Both the position numbers and the translations under genes were made by a program. A model generated the notes under the pieces. It was not told the DNA's origin and ran no database searches. It was given only the letters and a program-made list of their open reading frames with translations. A DNA stretch of 32,000 nucleotides from Candidatus Saccharimonadota bacterium (lineage in GTDB: Bacteria > Pseudomonadota > Gammaproteobacteria > Enterobacterales > Enterobacteriaceae). The stretch is from contig NZ_OZ060402.1 in assembly GCF_964059045.1 (NCBI RefSeq), positions 420,001-452,000 of the forward strand, in the 5' to 3' direction. Shown one piece after another: positions 1 through 11,314 of the stretch; the first letter of the stretch is position 1, and every line of letters begins with the position of its first letter.

Positions 1-219
1 CAAATAAATATATCAGAATTAAAAATCACCGGTCGTTCTAAAAAAAATCAATTAGCAGAAATCATTGAATTAAATAATCATCCTTGGTTTATTGCATGTC
101 AATTTCATCCAGAATTTACATCAACTCCAAGAGAAAGTCATCCATTATTTATCGATTTTATTAAAGCATCAATTAAATTTCAAAAAACAAATAATAATAT
201 TAATATCAAAAATAATTAA
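1..219 (+). CDS. pyrG: CTP synthase, 3' end (gene begins upstream of the window)
   Basis: Frame 1 is open from base 1 to TAA at 217-219. Translation ...[34 protein letters not shown]... matches the conserved C-terminal amidotransferase segment of enterobacterial PyrG ([24 protein letters not shown], from memory). It is absent from the ORF track because there is no start codon in the window. Confidence 0.88.
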   Translation, partial: QINISELKITGRSKKNQLAEIIELNNHPWFIACQFHPEFTSTPRESHPLFIDFIKASIKFQKTNNNINIKNN

Positions 220-253
220 ACAGATATTATTATTAATGAAAAATGGAAAAAAA

Positions 254-1591
254 ATGTCAAAAATTAAAAAAATTATTGCTCGAGAAATAATTGATTCTAG
301 AGGATATCCGACAATTGAATCTGAAGTTCATCTTGAAAATGGATGTATAGGTTTAGCTTCTGTTCCATCTGGAGCATCAACAGGTTCAAGAGAAGCATTA
401 GAATTAAGAGATGGTGATCCATCTTATTTTTCAGGGAAAGGAGTCAAAAAAGCGATTAATATCATAAATAATGAAATTAACGAATTACTACATCAACAAA
501 ATCCTATGAATCAAAAAAATATTGATTCTATGATGATAGAATTAGATAATACCTATAATAAATCAAAATTAGGAGCAAATTCTATTTTATCAGTATCCTT
601 AGCAAACGCCAAAGCAGCTGCTCATACAAATAAAATTCCTTTATACCAACATATCTCAAATATATATGAAAATTCTGGAATTTTTTCTATGCCATTACCA
701 ATGATAAACATTATCAATGGTGGAAAACATGCAAATAATAATATAGATATACAAGAATTCATGATTCAACCAATTAGTGCAAAAAATATCAAAGAAGCAA
801 TACATATGGGATCAACAATATTCCATAAATTATCAGAAATATTACAAAAAAAAGGTATGAATACTGCTGTTGGAGATGAAGGAGGCTATGCTCCAAATTT
901 AAATTCTAATGCAGATGCTTTAAAAATCATTCAAGAAGCTATAGAACAAACAGATTATATTTTAGGTAAAGATATTACTTTAGCTTTAGATTGTGCAGCT
1001 TCTGAATTATACGATAACAAAACTAAAAAATACTATTTAAATAGTGAAAAAAAAAGTTTTAATTCAAAAGAATTTACACATTATTTAGAAAAATTAACCG
1101 AGAAATATCCAATTACATCTATAGAAGATGGTCAATCTGAATTAGATTGGGAAGGATTTTCATATCAAACAAAAATGTTAGGGGGAAAAATTCAATTAGT
1201 CGGAGATGACTTATTTGTAACTAATACAGAAATTTTAAAAAAAGGAATAAAAAAAAATATAGCTAATTCTATTTTAATTAAATTTAATCAAATTGGAACA
1301 TTGACAGAAACTTTATCAGCTATTAAATTAGCTAAAAAATCAAAATACACTACAATCATTTCACATAGATCTGGAGAAACAGAAGATTCATTTTTAGCTG
1401 ATTTAGCTGTAGGAACTGCTGCTGGTCAAATTAAAACAGGATCAATGAGTCGTTCTGACAGACTTATCAAATATAATCAATTAATAAGAATTGAAGAAAA
1501 ATTAGGATATTTAGCAGCACCTTATCATGGTAAAAAAGAATTAAATATGTTTAATAATTGTTGTAAAAATAAAAATAAAACAAAAAATTAA
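254..1591 (+). CDS. eno: Enolase (phosphopyruvate hydratase)
   Basis: ORF 92..1591. The true start is most likely ATG 254, because [30 protein letters not shown] aligns residue for residue with the E. coli Eno N-terminus [30 protein letters not shown]. The 92-253 extension overlaps the end of pyrG. The C-terminus carries a K/N-rich tail of about 12 aa beyond the E. coli end. Confidence 0.96.
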   Translation: MSKIKKIIAREIIDSRGYPTIESEVHLENGCIGLASVPSGASTGSREALELRDGDPSYFSGKGVKKAINIINNEINELLHQQNPMNQKNIDSMMIELDNTYNKSKLGANSILSVSLANAKAAAHTNKIPLYQHISNIYENSGIFSMPLPMINIINGGKHANNNIDIQEFMIQPISAKNIKEAIHMGSTIFHKLSEILQKKGMNTAVGDEGGYAPNLNSNADALKIIQEAIEQTDYILGKDITLALDCAASELYDNKTKKYYLNSEKKSFNSKEFTHYLEKLTEKYPITSIEDGQSELDWEGFSYQTKMLGGKIQLVGDDLFVTNTEILKKGIKKNIANSILIKFNQIGTLTETLSAIKLAKKSKYTTIISHRSGETEDSFLADLAVGTAAGQIKTGSMSRSDRLIKYNQLIRIEEKLGYLAAPYHGKKELNMFNNCCKNKNKTKN

Positions 1592-1894
1592 TATCAATAA
1601 TAATTCAATTAATAATATGTCTTATTTATGATTAATATTTTATTGTTTAAGAATGTTTATTCTAGTTAATTATTATAAATGTAGTAAACAAGAATATTTT
1701 TATTTATTTAAAAATATAATTTATTCTATAAAATATATAAGATATATATATAAATATATAATTAATGTAATTGATAAAGATAAAAATTTTATTAACATAA
1801 AAAAATCTCAAAATATTAATTTATATTTATACAATATATTTATATATACTACTAATATTATATTTTTAAAAATGAAAATGATAATAAATTATTT

Positions 1895-1934
1895 TATAAG
1901 TAGTCCATATTAAAATAGATATGGACTACTTATA
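1895..1934. terminator. Perfect 16-bp stem / 8-nt loop hairpin between convergent eno and cysC (candidate terminator or RNA 3' end)
   Basis: tataagtagtccatat (1895-1910), loop taaaatag, atatggactacttata (1919-1934). The arms are exact reverse complements and contain 5 G/C pairs within an almost pure A/T spacer. The flanking U-tract is only moderate (uauuauuu on the + strand). Confidence 0.4.
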
Positions 1935-2166
1935 TTATTTAAAAGAAGTTTATTATAATAAAAAAACAAAATAATGTATAAAATTTTTAATAATATATCA
2001 TTTTTAATAAAATATAAATAAATAATTATATATACAATATTATTTTTATATAATGTGTATTATTATTAAAATAATTATTTTTTTAAGAATAAAATTATTG
2101 TTATACAAATAAAACATAATATTTAATTTTTAATATAAATTATTAAAAATCATTTTCCATATAAAA

Positions 2167-2787
2167 TTAAAATATAAATTTTTTATAAATAATTTTTCTC
2201 AATTTTAGTTCATCAATAATTTTTTTTATATTATTTTGTAATTTTTCAGTTCCATTGATATATATATCAGGATTTTTTGGTATTTCATAAGGTGAAGTCA
2301 AACCTGTAAAATTAGATATCAACCCTAATCTAGCTTTTTTATACAATTTTTTCGGATCGCGATTTTCACAAATTTGCAAAGGAGTATCAACAAATATTTC
2401 TAAAAAATTATTTTTACCAACAATCTTTCTGACTAATTCTCGTTCATTATGAAAAGGAGAAATTAAAGCAGTAATCACTAATAAACCAGCATCAATCATT
2501 AATTTTACTATTTCCGCCACTCTTCTAATATTTTCTTTTCGATCTGTATCGGTAAAATTTAAATCTTTACATATTCCGTATCTTAAATTATCACCATCTA
2601 ATAAATAAGTACTAATTTGGTTCTGAAATAATAATTGCTCTAAATTACCTGATATAGTCGATTTTCCAGAACCAGATAATCCAGTAAACCATAAGACATG
2701 AGCTTGATGACCATGTAACTGTTCTCTTTTATTACGAGTAATTATATGATTCTGAAAACTAATATTTAAATTCTTAAATCTTTTCAA
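2167..2787 (-). CDS. cysC: Adenylylsulfate (APS) kinase
   Basis: 206 aa. LWFTGLSGSGKSTISG P-loop, LLDGDNLR, RKENIRRVAE and DPKKLYKKAR are collinear with E. coli CysC. Confidence 0.96.
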   Translation of the reverse strand: MKRFKNLNISFQNHIITRNKREQLHGHQAHVLWFTGLSGSGKSTISGNLEQLLFQNQISTYLLDGDNLRYGICKDLNFTDTDRKENIRRVAEIVKLMIDAGLLVITALISPFHNERELVRKIVGKNNFLEIFVDTPLQICENRDPKKLYKKARLGLISNFTGLTSPYEIPKNPDIYINGTEKLQNNIKKIIDELKLRKIIYKKFIF

Positions 2788-2827
2788 ATTAGTTATAATT
2801 CTCTATTATGATGTAAATTTCTATTTT

Positions 2828-4228
2828 TCAATCTGAAAAATAACGAAAAATTAAATCTTTTAACTCTAATTCAAAAAATTTCATATTTTTAGAATAATTC
2901 ATTTTTTTAAAAACAAAAGTATTTTTAATCATACCAGCTGCAACAGTATTATTGCTTAAAAGATCGATAAAAATTACACTACCTATAACAAAATTATTTA
3001 AATAATTATCTATAATAATGGATTCATCAAAAATCACTTTAACACGTCCAATACTATTAATATTTAATTGCGTAGTATTTACTTTCGAAAAAGTATTAAT
3101 ATCTCTTGTATGTAAAATTTCTTGAATATATATTCGTACAATTTTTCCAGCAACTTTCATCAAATAAAATTCTTTTTTATATAATGGTTTTTCTGACATC
3201 CAAACAATATCTATATCTGCTTCTCTAATAGGTTTTAATTTTGAATCAATATCTACGATAACATCACCACGAGAAATGTCAATATTATCATTAACTACTA
3301 AAGTAATAGATTGTCCTTTTTTAGCAATTTTTAAATCACCTTCAAAAGTAACAATCCTTGAAACGCTAGTAGTTAAACCTATCGGTAAAATTTTAATATT
3401 TTGTCCAATTCTGATTTCACCAGAAGCTATAGTACCTGAATAACCTCTAAAATCTAAATCAGGTCTATTCACTAATTGAACAGGAAATATTAAAGCATCA
3501 TTACAATTATCTTTAGATATATTAATATTTTCTAATATTTTAAGTAATGTAAATCCTTGATACCATAACATATTTTTACTTTTAAAAACTATATTTTCAC
3601 CTATTAAAGCAGATATTGGTATGAAATATACTTGTAATTTAAATTTTATATTTTTTAAAAAAAGACTAAAATCCTTACAAATATCTTCAAATACTTGCAT
3701 TTTATAATCTACTAAATCCATTTTATTCACAGCAACAATTAAATGTTTTATACCTAATAAATTAGAAATAAAAGTATGTCTTTTAGTTTGCTCTAAAATA
3801 CCTTTTCTGGCATCAATCAATAAAATTGAAGCTGAAGAAGTAGAAGCTCCAGTAACCATATTTCTAGTATATTGTTCATGTCCTGGAGTATCTGCAATAA
3901 TAAATTTTCTATTTTTAGTAGAAAAATAACGATAAGCTACATCAATTGTAATCCCTTGTTCTCGTTCAGCTTGTAATCCATCTACTAATAATGCAAAATC
4001 CAAAGATTTACCTTGAGTACCATGACGTCGACTATCCTGATATAAAGAACATAATTGATCATCATAAATATGTTGTGTATCATACAACAAACAACCTATC
4101 AAGGTACTTTTACCATCATCCACGCTACCACAAGTCAAAAATCTTAATAAACTTTTATTATATTTTAAATTCAAATAGTTATTTATATTACTATTAATAT
4201 TTTTATTTTTTAAAACAACAGATTTCAT
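2828..4228 (-). CDS. cysN: Sulfate adenylyltransferase subunit 1 (GTPase subunit)
   Basis: 466 aa. LLRFLTCGSVDDGKSTLIG (G1), IIADTPGHEQYTRNM (G3) and NKMDLV (G4) are near-identical to E. coli CysN. It ends in TGA, the only UGA terminator I found among the 24 genes. Confidence 0.96.
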   Translation of the reverse strand: MKSVVLKNKNINSNINNYLNLKYNKSLLRFLTCGSVDDGKSTLIGCLLYDTQHIYDDQLCSLYQDSRRHGTQGKSLDFALLVDGLQAEREQGITIDVAYRYFSTKNRKFIIADTPGHEQYTRNMVTGASTSSASILLIDARKGILEQTKRHTFISNLLGIKHLIVAVNKMDLVDYKMQVFEDICKDFSLFLKNIKFKLQVYFIPISALIGENIVFKSKNMLWYQGFTLLKILENINISKDNCNDALIFPVQLVNRPDLDFRGYSGTIASGEIRIGQNIKILPIGLTTSVSRIVTFEGDLKIAKKGQSITLVVNDNIDISRGDVIVDIDSKLKPIREADIDIVWMSEKPLYKKEFYLMKVAGKIVRIYIQEILHTRDINTFSKVNTTQLNINSIGRVKVIFDESIIIDNYLNNFVIGSVIFIDLLSNNTVAAGMIKNTFVFKKMNYSKNMKFFELELKDLIFRYFSD

Positions 4229-4242
4229 GTTTTTAGTTATCC

Positions 4243-5151
4243 TTAAAAATAACCTTGTTTTTTCTTTAATTCCATCGAATTTTGTTGATCATAATCAATA
4301 CTTCTACCACTTCGTTCACTAATTTTTGAAATTAAGGTTTCTTGTATAATTTCAGGTAATGTTTGAGCAGTAGATTCAATTGCACTAGTCAAAGGCCAAC
4401 ATCCTAAAGTACGAAAACGAACCATACGAGAACTTACTGATTCATTACATTGGATTTTCATATTCTCGTTATCGACTAATAATAATTTACCATCTCTTTC
4501 TAAAATTGGTCTGAGAGAAGCATAATATAAAGGAACAACTTCAATTCCTTCTAAAAAAATATATTCCCATATATCTAATTCTGTCCAATTAGATAGAGGA
4601 AAAACACGAATGCTTTCACCTTTATTAATTTTACCATTATAATTATTCCATAATTCAGGACGTTGTTCTTTAGGATTCCAACGATGAAGAGAATCACGAA
4701 AAGAATAAATTCTTTCTTTAGAGCGAGATTTTTCTTCATCTCTACGTGCTCCTCCAAAAGCAGCATCAAATTGATATTTATCTATAGCTTGCTTTAAACC
4801 TTCTGTTTTCATTAAATCTGTATATTTAGAACTATTATATGTAAAAGGAGTAATATTTAATTTCATCCCATCAGGATTTTTATAAACAATTAATTCTGCA
4901 TTTATGTTTTTTACAATTTTTTTTCTAAATGTATACATTTCTTGAAATTTCCATCCAGTATCTACATGTAATAATGGAACAGGAATTTTACCGGGATAAA
5001 ATGCTTTTCTAGCTAAATGCAACATTACAGAAGAATCTTTTCCAACAGAATATAAAATCACAGGGTTATTAAATTCTGCTATAACTTCTCTAAAAATATA
5101 AATACTTTCTGATTCTAACTGACGTAAATGTTCAAAATGATTTTTATTCAT
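4243..5151 (-). CDS. cysD: Sulfate adenylyltransferase subunit 2
   Basis: 302 aa. [15 protein letters not shown]...[14 protein letters not shown] (PP-loop SxGxDS) shows full-length similarity to E. coli CysD. It lies 14 nt upstream of the cysN start. Confidence 0.96.
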   Translation of the reverse strand: MNKNHFEHLRQLESESIYIFREVIAEFNNPVILYSVGKDSSVMLHLARKAFYPGKIPVPLLHVDTGWKFQEMYTFRKKIVKNINAELIVYKNPDGMKLNITPFTYNSSKYTDLMKTEGLKQAIDKYQFDAAFGGARRDEEKSRSKERIYSFRDSLHRWNPKEQRPELWNNYNGKINKGESIRVFPLSNWTELDIWEYIFLEGIEVVPLYYASLRPILERDGKLLLVDNENMKIQCNESVSSRMVRFRTLGCWPLTSAIESTAQTLPEIIQETLISKISERSGRSIDYDQQNSMELKKKQGYF

Positions 5152-5209
5152 AATTTTTATCTTTTATATTCCATTAATATTAAATTTAATTAAATCATCA
5201 TGCATGATA

Positions 5210-6586
5210 TTAATAATTAAACCATTTAAACTTTTCATGAAAATGTACTACTTCACCTATAATTAATAATGTAGGACTAATTAATTTTTTTGATATAGAT
5301 TCTAAATTTTTTAAACAATCAATATAAATTTTTTGCTGTAAAGTCGTTCCTTGAGAAATTAAAGCAATAGGTGTATTTTTAGAAAAACCATAATTAATTA
5401 ATGTTAAAAAAATTAATTTAATTTTTTTTCTAGCCATATAAATTACTATTGTAAATGATTTTTTTGATAAATTTAACCAATTTACTGAATGAATAAAATC
5501 AGATGAATAAGCATTTAAAAATAAAATATTTTGAGCATATTTTCGATGTGTTAATGGAATTCCTGCATATGCTGCAGTACCAATAGCAGCTGTAATACCT
5601 GGTACTATTTGAAAATTAGCTCCTAATTTTCTTACAACTTCTAATTCTTCCATGCCTCTTCCAAAAATAAATGAATCTCCACCTTTTAATCTAACAACTT
5701 TTTTACCTTCTTGTACTAATTTTATAATTAAATTATTGATGTCTTTTTGTTTCCAAGATAATTTTTTATCATTAACACATTTTCCTACAAAAATACATTG
5801 AGCATCAAAACGAACTAAATTTAACATATCTTTTTGTACTAAATAATCATATAATACAACATCAGCTTGTTGTAAAACTTGTAATCCTCTTAAAGTTAAT
5901 AATCCAATATCACCAGGACCAGCTCCGACTATTATCAATTCTCCTAATTTTTTGGAAAATGATTTCAATTCTAAATAAAATGTTTCAATAGCTAATTTTA
6001 AATTATTATTTAAAATATGGTTAACAAATACCCCATTAAAAATTTTTTCCCAAAAATAACGACGATCTGATAATTTATGAAAATAATTTTTAACTTTATT
6101 TCTTAATTTTCCTGCTAAATTAGCGACAAGTCCTATTTTAAATGGCAAAATTCTTTCAATCTGTTCTTTGATTAATCTTGATAATACAGGAGCTTGACCA
6201 CTAGAAGAAACAGCGACTACAATTGGTGAACGATTAATTATAGAAGGGAAAATAAATGAACATTTATCCAAATCATCAACTATGTTAACTAACAAATATT
6301 TTTCATTAGAATATTGAACTATATTTAGGTTTACTTCATTATTACTGATTGTCGAAATTACTAAATAAATTTTTTTTAAATATATTTTTCTAAAAATATC
6401 TTTAACCCAAATAATTTTTTTTTGTTGATGTAACAAAATAAGATTAGGAGATAAGTCAATAGATATAACTGTTATAATCGCTTTTGCTTTTAATAATAAT
6501 CGAATTTTACGATCAGCAATATCACCACCTCCAACGACTAAAACAGATTTCATTTTTAAATCGATAAAAACTGGAAGATAATTCAC
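5210..6586 (-). CDS. cysG: Siroheme synthase (uroporphyrinogen-III methyltransferase / precorrin-2 dehydrogenase / ferrochelatase)
   Basis: 458 aa. MNYLPVFIDL...VVGGGDIADRK (N-terminal NAD domain), VGAGPGDIGLLTLRGLQVLQQADVVLYD and RLKGGDSFIFGRGMEE (SUMT domain) are collinear with E. coli CysG (457 aa). Confidence 0.94.
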   Translation of the reverse strand: MNYLPVFIDLKMKSVLVVGGGDIADRKIRLLLKAKAIITVISIDLSPNLILLHQQKKIIWVKDIFRKIYLKKIYLVISTISNNEVNLNIVQYSNEKYLLVNIVDDLDKCSFIFPSIINRSPIVVAVSSSGQAPVLSRLIKEQIERILPFKIGLVANLAGKLRNKVKNYFHKLSDRRYFWEKIFNGVFVNHILNNNLKLAIETFYLELKSFSKKLGELIIVGAGPGDIGLLTLRGLQVLQQADVVLYDYLVQKDMLNLVRFDAQCIFVGKCVNDKKLSWKQKDINNLIIKLVQEGKKVVRLKGGDSFIFGRGMEELEVVRKLGANFQIVPGITAAIGTAAYAGIPLTHRKYAQNILFLNAYSSDFIHSVNWLNLSKKSFTIVIYMARKKIKLIFLTLINYGFSKNTPIALISQGTTLQQKIYIDCLKNLESISKKLISPTLLIIGEVVHFHEKFKWFNY

Positions 6587-6813
6587 ATTTGCCTTATCAA
6601 AAATAATTAATAAATAATTTATTTATATGAATTAAATAAATACTAGAAAAATTAATATTTTACAATATATTATAAAAACAAATTTAAAGAAAAAATTAAT
6701 TTAATTAACTAAATGCAAATAAAATGATAAAAATTATAAATCAATATATATTCTAATATATTTAAGATATAAAAAATGTATAAATATTTTAAAAAAATAT
6801 TTTTATTTCAACA

Positions 6814-7548
6814 TTACTTATCATGCAAACCACATTCTCTTTTTAAACCAAAAAATCTAGTTTCATCTGGTGTCATGGTTTTGTCATACTTATGAGTAGT
6901 ATGCCAATCTCCAATTGATAAATACCCTTTATTCCATAATGGATGACAGGGCAAATTATTTTTGTTTATGTAATCATTAATTTGATTATTATTCCAATCT
7001 AATATTGGTAATACTTTGAATATACCATTTTGAATGGATAAATATTGTAAATGAGAACGAAATTTTGATTGATCATGTCGTAATCCTGAAAACCAAGTCA
7101 TAACAGATAGTTTTTTTAATGCTTGTTGCATTGGTTTGATTTTATTAATTGTATTGTATTTTTTTAACCCTATTAAACCACCTTCCCATAATTTTCCATA
7201 TCTTGTTTCTTGCCATGCTGGTGATATTTTAGAACGAAATATATTTAAATTTAAATTAAAAATATTAGTAATAATATCAATATATTTATAAGTTTCAGAA
7301 AATAAATAACCAGTATCAATTAAAATAACTGGAATATTAGGTATTTGTTGTACAATGAAATTTAAAAAAACAACTGATTGCAAACCAAAACTTGATGAAA
7401 CAACAAAATTTTTAGGTAAATTTTCTAATATCCAAACAATACGTTGCTGAATATTCATTTTTTTTAATAATAAATTGTATTCCAATAAAATTTTTTTTTG
7501 ATCTACATCATTGAAATGGTTTAAATCTAACAAATTAATTGTAGACAT
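6814..7548 (-). CDS. cysH: Phosphoadenosine phosphosulfate (PAPS) reductase
   Basis: The track ORF 6814..7572 begins at a TTG that overlaps the end of cysI. ATG at 7548 gives MSTINLLDLN..., which aligns with E. coli MSKLDLNALN, and it is preceded by AGGA (7558-7555) at 6-nt spacing. The C-terminal KRECGLH motif is present. Confidence 0.9.
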   Translation of the reverse strand: MSTINLLDLNHFNDVDQKKILLEYNLLLKKMNIQQRIVWILENLPKNFVVSSSFGLQSVVFLNFIVQQIPNIPVILIDTGYLFSETYKYIDIITNIFNLNLNIFRSKISPAWQETRYGKLWEGGLIGLKKYNTINKIKPMQQALKKLSVMTWFSGLRHDQSKFRSHLQYLSIQNGIFKVLPILDWNNNQINDYINKNNLPCHPLWNKGYLSIGDWHTTHKYDKTMTPDETRFFGLKRECGLHDK

Positions 7549-7562
7549 TATTTTTCCTATGA

Positions 7563-9278
7563 TTAACTCCAAAAATCTAACATAGAATTGATAATTTTTT
7601 TTGATATATTATAACGTATGCAAAAATCACCAAATCTTTCCTTTGGATAACGTTTTTCAGACCATAATTTGATTAATTTATCTAAAATATTAAAAATTTC
7701 TGATTCATTAATATTTTCAGAATATAAACTAGCTATGCGTGTACCGATCGAATTGCCTCCTAAATATAAATTATAACGACCCAAAGATTTACCTATTAAA
7801 CCAATTTCTGCCAACAATGATCTTCCACAACCATTAGGACAACCAGAAATACGAAATACTATACTTTTAGCACCTACACCATATTGATTCATAATTCTTT
7901 CAATTTTTTTTATAAAAATTAATAATACACGTTCTGATTCTGACATTGCTAATGGACAAGTCGGAAAAGCAACACACGCCATTGAACTTTTTTGTAAATT
8001 TGTTACTGATTTGATTAATCCGTAATTTAATGCTATATCTTCAATATCTTTTTTATCATTTTCATCTACTCTGGCAATAATTAAGTTTTGATTAGCAGTT
8101 AAACGAAAATCCCCGCGATGAATTTTCGCAATAGCATTCATTCCTGATTTTAACAATTGATTTTTATCATCTAATAATCTCCCTCCTGGTATAAATAATG
8201 TTAAATGCCATTTATTATCTATTCCTTTTTTCCATCCAAAATGATCTCCTCTAGTTAAAAATTTATAAGGACGAATTGATTCAAATTTTATATTCGATCT
8301 TTTTTCTACTTCATTTTTAAAATTTTTTATTCCATATTTTTGTAATGTATATCTAGTTTTAGCATTTTTTCTATTACATCGATTTCCCCAATCTCGTTGA
8401 GTAGTTACTATTGATTCAACAACAATTAATATATTTCTTAATAAAACAAATCCAAATTCTATTGACAATGATGGCCAAGTATTCTTATTCCCATGTTCAA
8501 TAGATAAACCACCACCGACTAATATATTAAAACCAACTAATTGATTATCTTCTACAATTGCTATTAAATTCATATCATTAGCATGTAAATCTATATCATT
8601 ATCAGGAGGAATTAATATACCAGTTTTAAATTTTCTAGGTAAATATCTTTTACTAAGAATTGGTTCATGATCTGTAGTAATTACTTTAGATTTATCTAAC
8701 CAAATTTCTAAATATGCTTTAGTTTTAGGTAATAAATGATTGGATATTTTTTTTGCCCATCTATAAACTTCATCATGTAGTGTCGATTCTATTGGATTAG
8801 ATGTACACAATACATTACGATTTACATCATGAGCAGTACCTAAAGAATCTAGTCCAATTTCATGTAAAATTTTATGAATCATTTTTAATTTACTTTTAAA
8901 AATACCATGTAACTGAAAAGTTTGCCGATTAGTTAACCGAATAGATCCATAAATTGTATGTAAATTTGAAAATTCATCAATTTTTAACCATTGCAAAGGT
9001 GTAATTATACCACCAGGTAATCGACATCTTAACATCATAGCATGTTTTGGTTCTAATTTTTGTTGTATTCTTTCTGCACGAATATCTCGGTCATCTTGTT
9101 GATACATGCCATGAAATCTTATTAAAGAGTAATTATCTCCTGTAAAACCATTAGTTAAATTGTCTTTTAAATCATCAGTAATACTACCTCTTAAGTAATT
9201 ACTTTCTACTTTTATACGTTCAAAATCAGATAACTGCTCTATATTATTATCTTGTTTATTTTTAATATTTTTAGACAT
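7563..9278 (-). CDS. cysI: Sulfite reductase (NADPH) hemoprotein beta subunit
   Basis: 571 aa. The siroheme/4Fe-4S cysteine clusters [16 protein letters not shown] and SGCPNGCGR are conserved. The start ATG overlaps the cysJ stop by 1 nt (TAATG at 9280-9276). Confidence 0.96.
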   Translation of the reverse strand: MSKNIKNKQDNNIEQLSDFERIKVESNYLRGSITDDLKDNLTNGFTGDNYSLIRFHGMYQQDDRDIRAERIQQKLEPKHAMMLRCRLPGGIITPLQWLKIDEFSNLHTIYGSIRLTNRQTFQLHGIFKSKLKMIHKILHEIGLDSLGTAHDVNRNVLCTSNPIESTLHDEVYRWAKKISNHLLPKTKAYLEIWLDKSKVITTDHEPILSKRYLPRKFKTGILIPPDNDIDLHANDMNLIAIVEDNQLVGFNILVGGGLSIEHGNKNTWPSLSIEFGFVLLRNILIVVESIVTTQRDWGNRCNRKNAKTRYTLQKYGIKNFKNEVEKRSNIKFESIRPYKFLTRGDHFGWKKGIDNKWHLTLFIPGGRLLDDKNQLLKSGMNAIAKIHRGDFRLTANQNLIIARVDENDKKDIEDIALNYGLIKSVTNLQKSSMACVAFPTCPLAMSESERVLLIFIKKIERIMNQYGVGAKSIVFRISGCPNGCGRSLLAEIGLIGKSLGRYNLYLGGNSIGTRIASLYSENINESEIFNILDKLIKLWSEKRYPKERFGDFCIRYNISKKIINSMLDFWS

Positions 9279-11092
9279 TAATAAACATCCCTTTGATATC
9301 GATTATTAATACGTAAATGCATTAAATATTCATTAGATTTATCTTTATCCATAAATCCATACTTTTCAAAAATTTTTAATAAAGTCCATTCAACATCTTT
9401 AGCCATATTAGATTTATCTCCACAAATATAAATATATGCTCCATTTGAAATCCAATCCCATACTTCTTGCCCTTTTCTCCAAATTTCATGTTGAACATAA
9501 TTTTTTTGACTAGAATCTCTAGACCAGGCTAAATCAATTTTAGTTAATAAACCCATTTTATAATATCTTTGCCATTCTCTTTGATATAAAAAATCTTCCG
9601 TGAAAGTTTGATTTCCATAAAAAATCCAATTTTTTCCTTTTGATTGTAAATATTCTCTTTCTTGCATAAAAGCTCTAAATGGAGCTATTCCTGTTCCAGG
9701 ACCAATCATAATAATAGAAATATCACCATCTTTAGGTAAACGAAAATGGTTATTAGACTGAATAAAAATACGAATTTTACTATCTTCTGATACTCTATAT
9801 GATAAATAACTAGAAGCACCACCTTGACATAAATAATTAGATAAAAAATATTGAACTACTCCAACTGTAATATGTACTTCATCATTTAATAATTTTTGAG
9901 AAGAAGAAATAGAATAAAATCTCGGAGTTAAAGGTCTTAATAAATTAACTAATTGCAAAGCTGACAAAACTGTTGGAAAATTATTAAACATACTTAAAAT
10001 AGATTGTTTTTTTAAATAAGCATTAATTTTATCTTTATCTAAAATTAATTTTTTAAAATCATTATTATTGGTTAATAAAGCATAATTTTTAATAATTTTA
10101 ATTGTATTAATCGTTAATTCAAAAAAATTTTTTAAAGCAATAAATATACTCATCGATTTATTATTAACTTTAACTAATTCGTCTTTATCAATATTAAATA
10201 TTGCTAAAATATTCAATACTAATTCAGGATTGTTTTCATACCATATACCCAATGAATCTCCTGGTTGATAAACAATCTTAGAATTATCAATACCAATTTC
10301 AATATGTCTGACATCTTTAATTGAATTTCTACCAGTAATTTTTTGATTGACTAATAACACTCCCTGAAATGGATTTTCTTTTGTAAATTCATTAATATTA
10401 TTAATTAATGATTTGTGATTAACGATATTTGATACTGAATTATTAACAAAACTTTGTTCTTTCAATTTTATCTTTAATTCAACAATCAAATTTCTACGCC
10501 ATATTTTTGCTATTTCATTATATTCAATATCTGCATCAATACGATCAATTAATCTTATACCTCCTAATTCATGTAATCTAGAATCAAAATCTTTTCCAGA
10601 TTGACAAAATAAATTATAAGAAGAATCTCCTAATCCAAAAATAGAAAAAAAAAGATTATTTAATTTAGGTACTTTTTTTGACATTAAAAAATTATAAAAA
10701 GATATTGCTTCTTCTGGAGGTTCCCCTTCTCCTTGAGTAGAAGTAATAATAATTAAAAATCGTTCTTTTTGAATTTTTTTAAAAGAATAATCACATGCCT
10801 GTAATAAATTAGATTCAATATTGTTTGATTTTAAATCATTAAATAATAATTTTGATAATTGATATGCATTCCCAGTTTGAGAAGCAGATACAATAGAAAC
10901 AACAGGAGGTTTTTTTTTATTTAAATCAGAATTTAAAACTATATTTTTTTCATCATGATCAATCTTACCCCAATAATAACCAGAAATCCATGCCAATTGC
11001 ATTTTTGATAAACGATTAGAATCAATTTTTAAAGACGATAATATTTCTGAATTAATAGGAAATAAATGATTTGAATCATCGTAATTTGTCAT
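9278..11092 (-). CDS. cysJ: Sulfite reductase (NADPH) flavoprotein alpha subunit
   Basis: 604 aa. It has an N-terminal flavodoxin-like module ([23 protein letters not shown]) and a C-terminal FAD/NADPH module ([20 protein letters not shown], ending YQRDVY) like E. coli CysJ. Confidence 0.96.
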   Translation of the reverse strand: MTNYDDSNHLFPINSEILSSLKIDSNRLSKMQLAWISGYYWGKIDHDEKNIVLNSDLNKKKPPVVSIVSASQTGNAYQLSKLLFNDLKSNNIESNLLQACDYSFKKIQKERFLIIITSTQGEGEPPEEAISFYNFLMSKKVPKLNNLFFSIFGLGDSSYNLFCQSGKDFDSRLHELGGIRLIDRIDADIEYNEIAKIWRRNLIVELKIKLKEQSFVNNSVSNIVNHKSLINNINEFTKENPFQGVLLVNQKITGRNSIKDVRHIEIGIDNSKIVYQPGDSLGIWYENNPELVLNILAIFNIDKDELVKVNNKSMSIFIALKNFFELTINTIKIIKNYALLTNNNDFKKLILDKDKINAYLKKQSILSMFNNFPTVLSALQLVNLLRPLTPRFYSISSSQKLLNDEVHITVGVVQYFLSNYLCQGGASSYLSYRVSEDSKIRIFIQSNNHFRLPKDGDISIIMIGPGTGIAPFRAFMQEREYLQSKGKNWIFYGNQTFTEDFLYQREWQRYYKMGLLTKIDLAWSRDSSQKNYVQHEIWRKGQEVWDWISNGAYIYICGDKSNMAKDVEWTLLKIFEKYGFMDKDKSNEYLMHLRINNRYQRDVY

Positions 11093-11314
11093 TGCACTTA
11101 ATATCCGCTATATAAATATGTAAAAAATAATAAAAAATTAGTTATTTAATGAAAAAAATTAAAAATATCATTTTTATAAATACTAAAAAATATTAGAATT
11201 TTAATAAATAATGTTTTAAAAATAAATAATTATTTGTATCAAAAAAAATATTTTTAAAAATATATAAAAATAATAAAATTTATAATAAATTTTGATTCAA
11301 ATTTTAATTAAAAT

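Noticed and set aside
92-253. Upstream extension of the eno ORF (track start at 92).
   Set aside because: It overlaps the last 128 nt of pyrG in another frame, and the extension has no similarity to enolase. The conserved N-terminus begins at ATG 254.
1653-1913. 86-aa + strand ORF in the eno-cysC spacer.
   Set aside because: The I/Y/K/N-only composition is what random translation of near-pure A/T DNA gives. There is no RBS and no recognisable motif, and the ORF ends inside the hairpin.
3991-4197. Short antisense or overlapping ORFs inside real genes: 3991..4197, 4575..4769, 12492..12695, 13104..13304, 15199..15435, 15566..15763, 17889..18086, 24918..25223, 27793..28041 and 30009..30221.
   Set aside because: All are 64-101 aa and lie embedded in, or run antisense to, strongly supported genes. 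They are low-complexity and have no motifs. Such ORFs are an expected by-product of stop-poor frames in A/T-rich coding DNA.
7549-7572. TTG start at 7572 for cysH, overlapping the cysI stop.
   Set aside because: ATG 7548 aligns with the E. coli CysH N-terminus and has an AGGA RBS at proper spacing. The 8 extra residues (MELIIGKI) have no counterpart.
11093-11314. Attempted promoter (-35/-10) calls in this and the other spacers.
   Set aside because: TATAAT-like hexamers occur every few bases in this composition, so no call would be better than chance without transcript 5'-end data.
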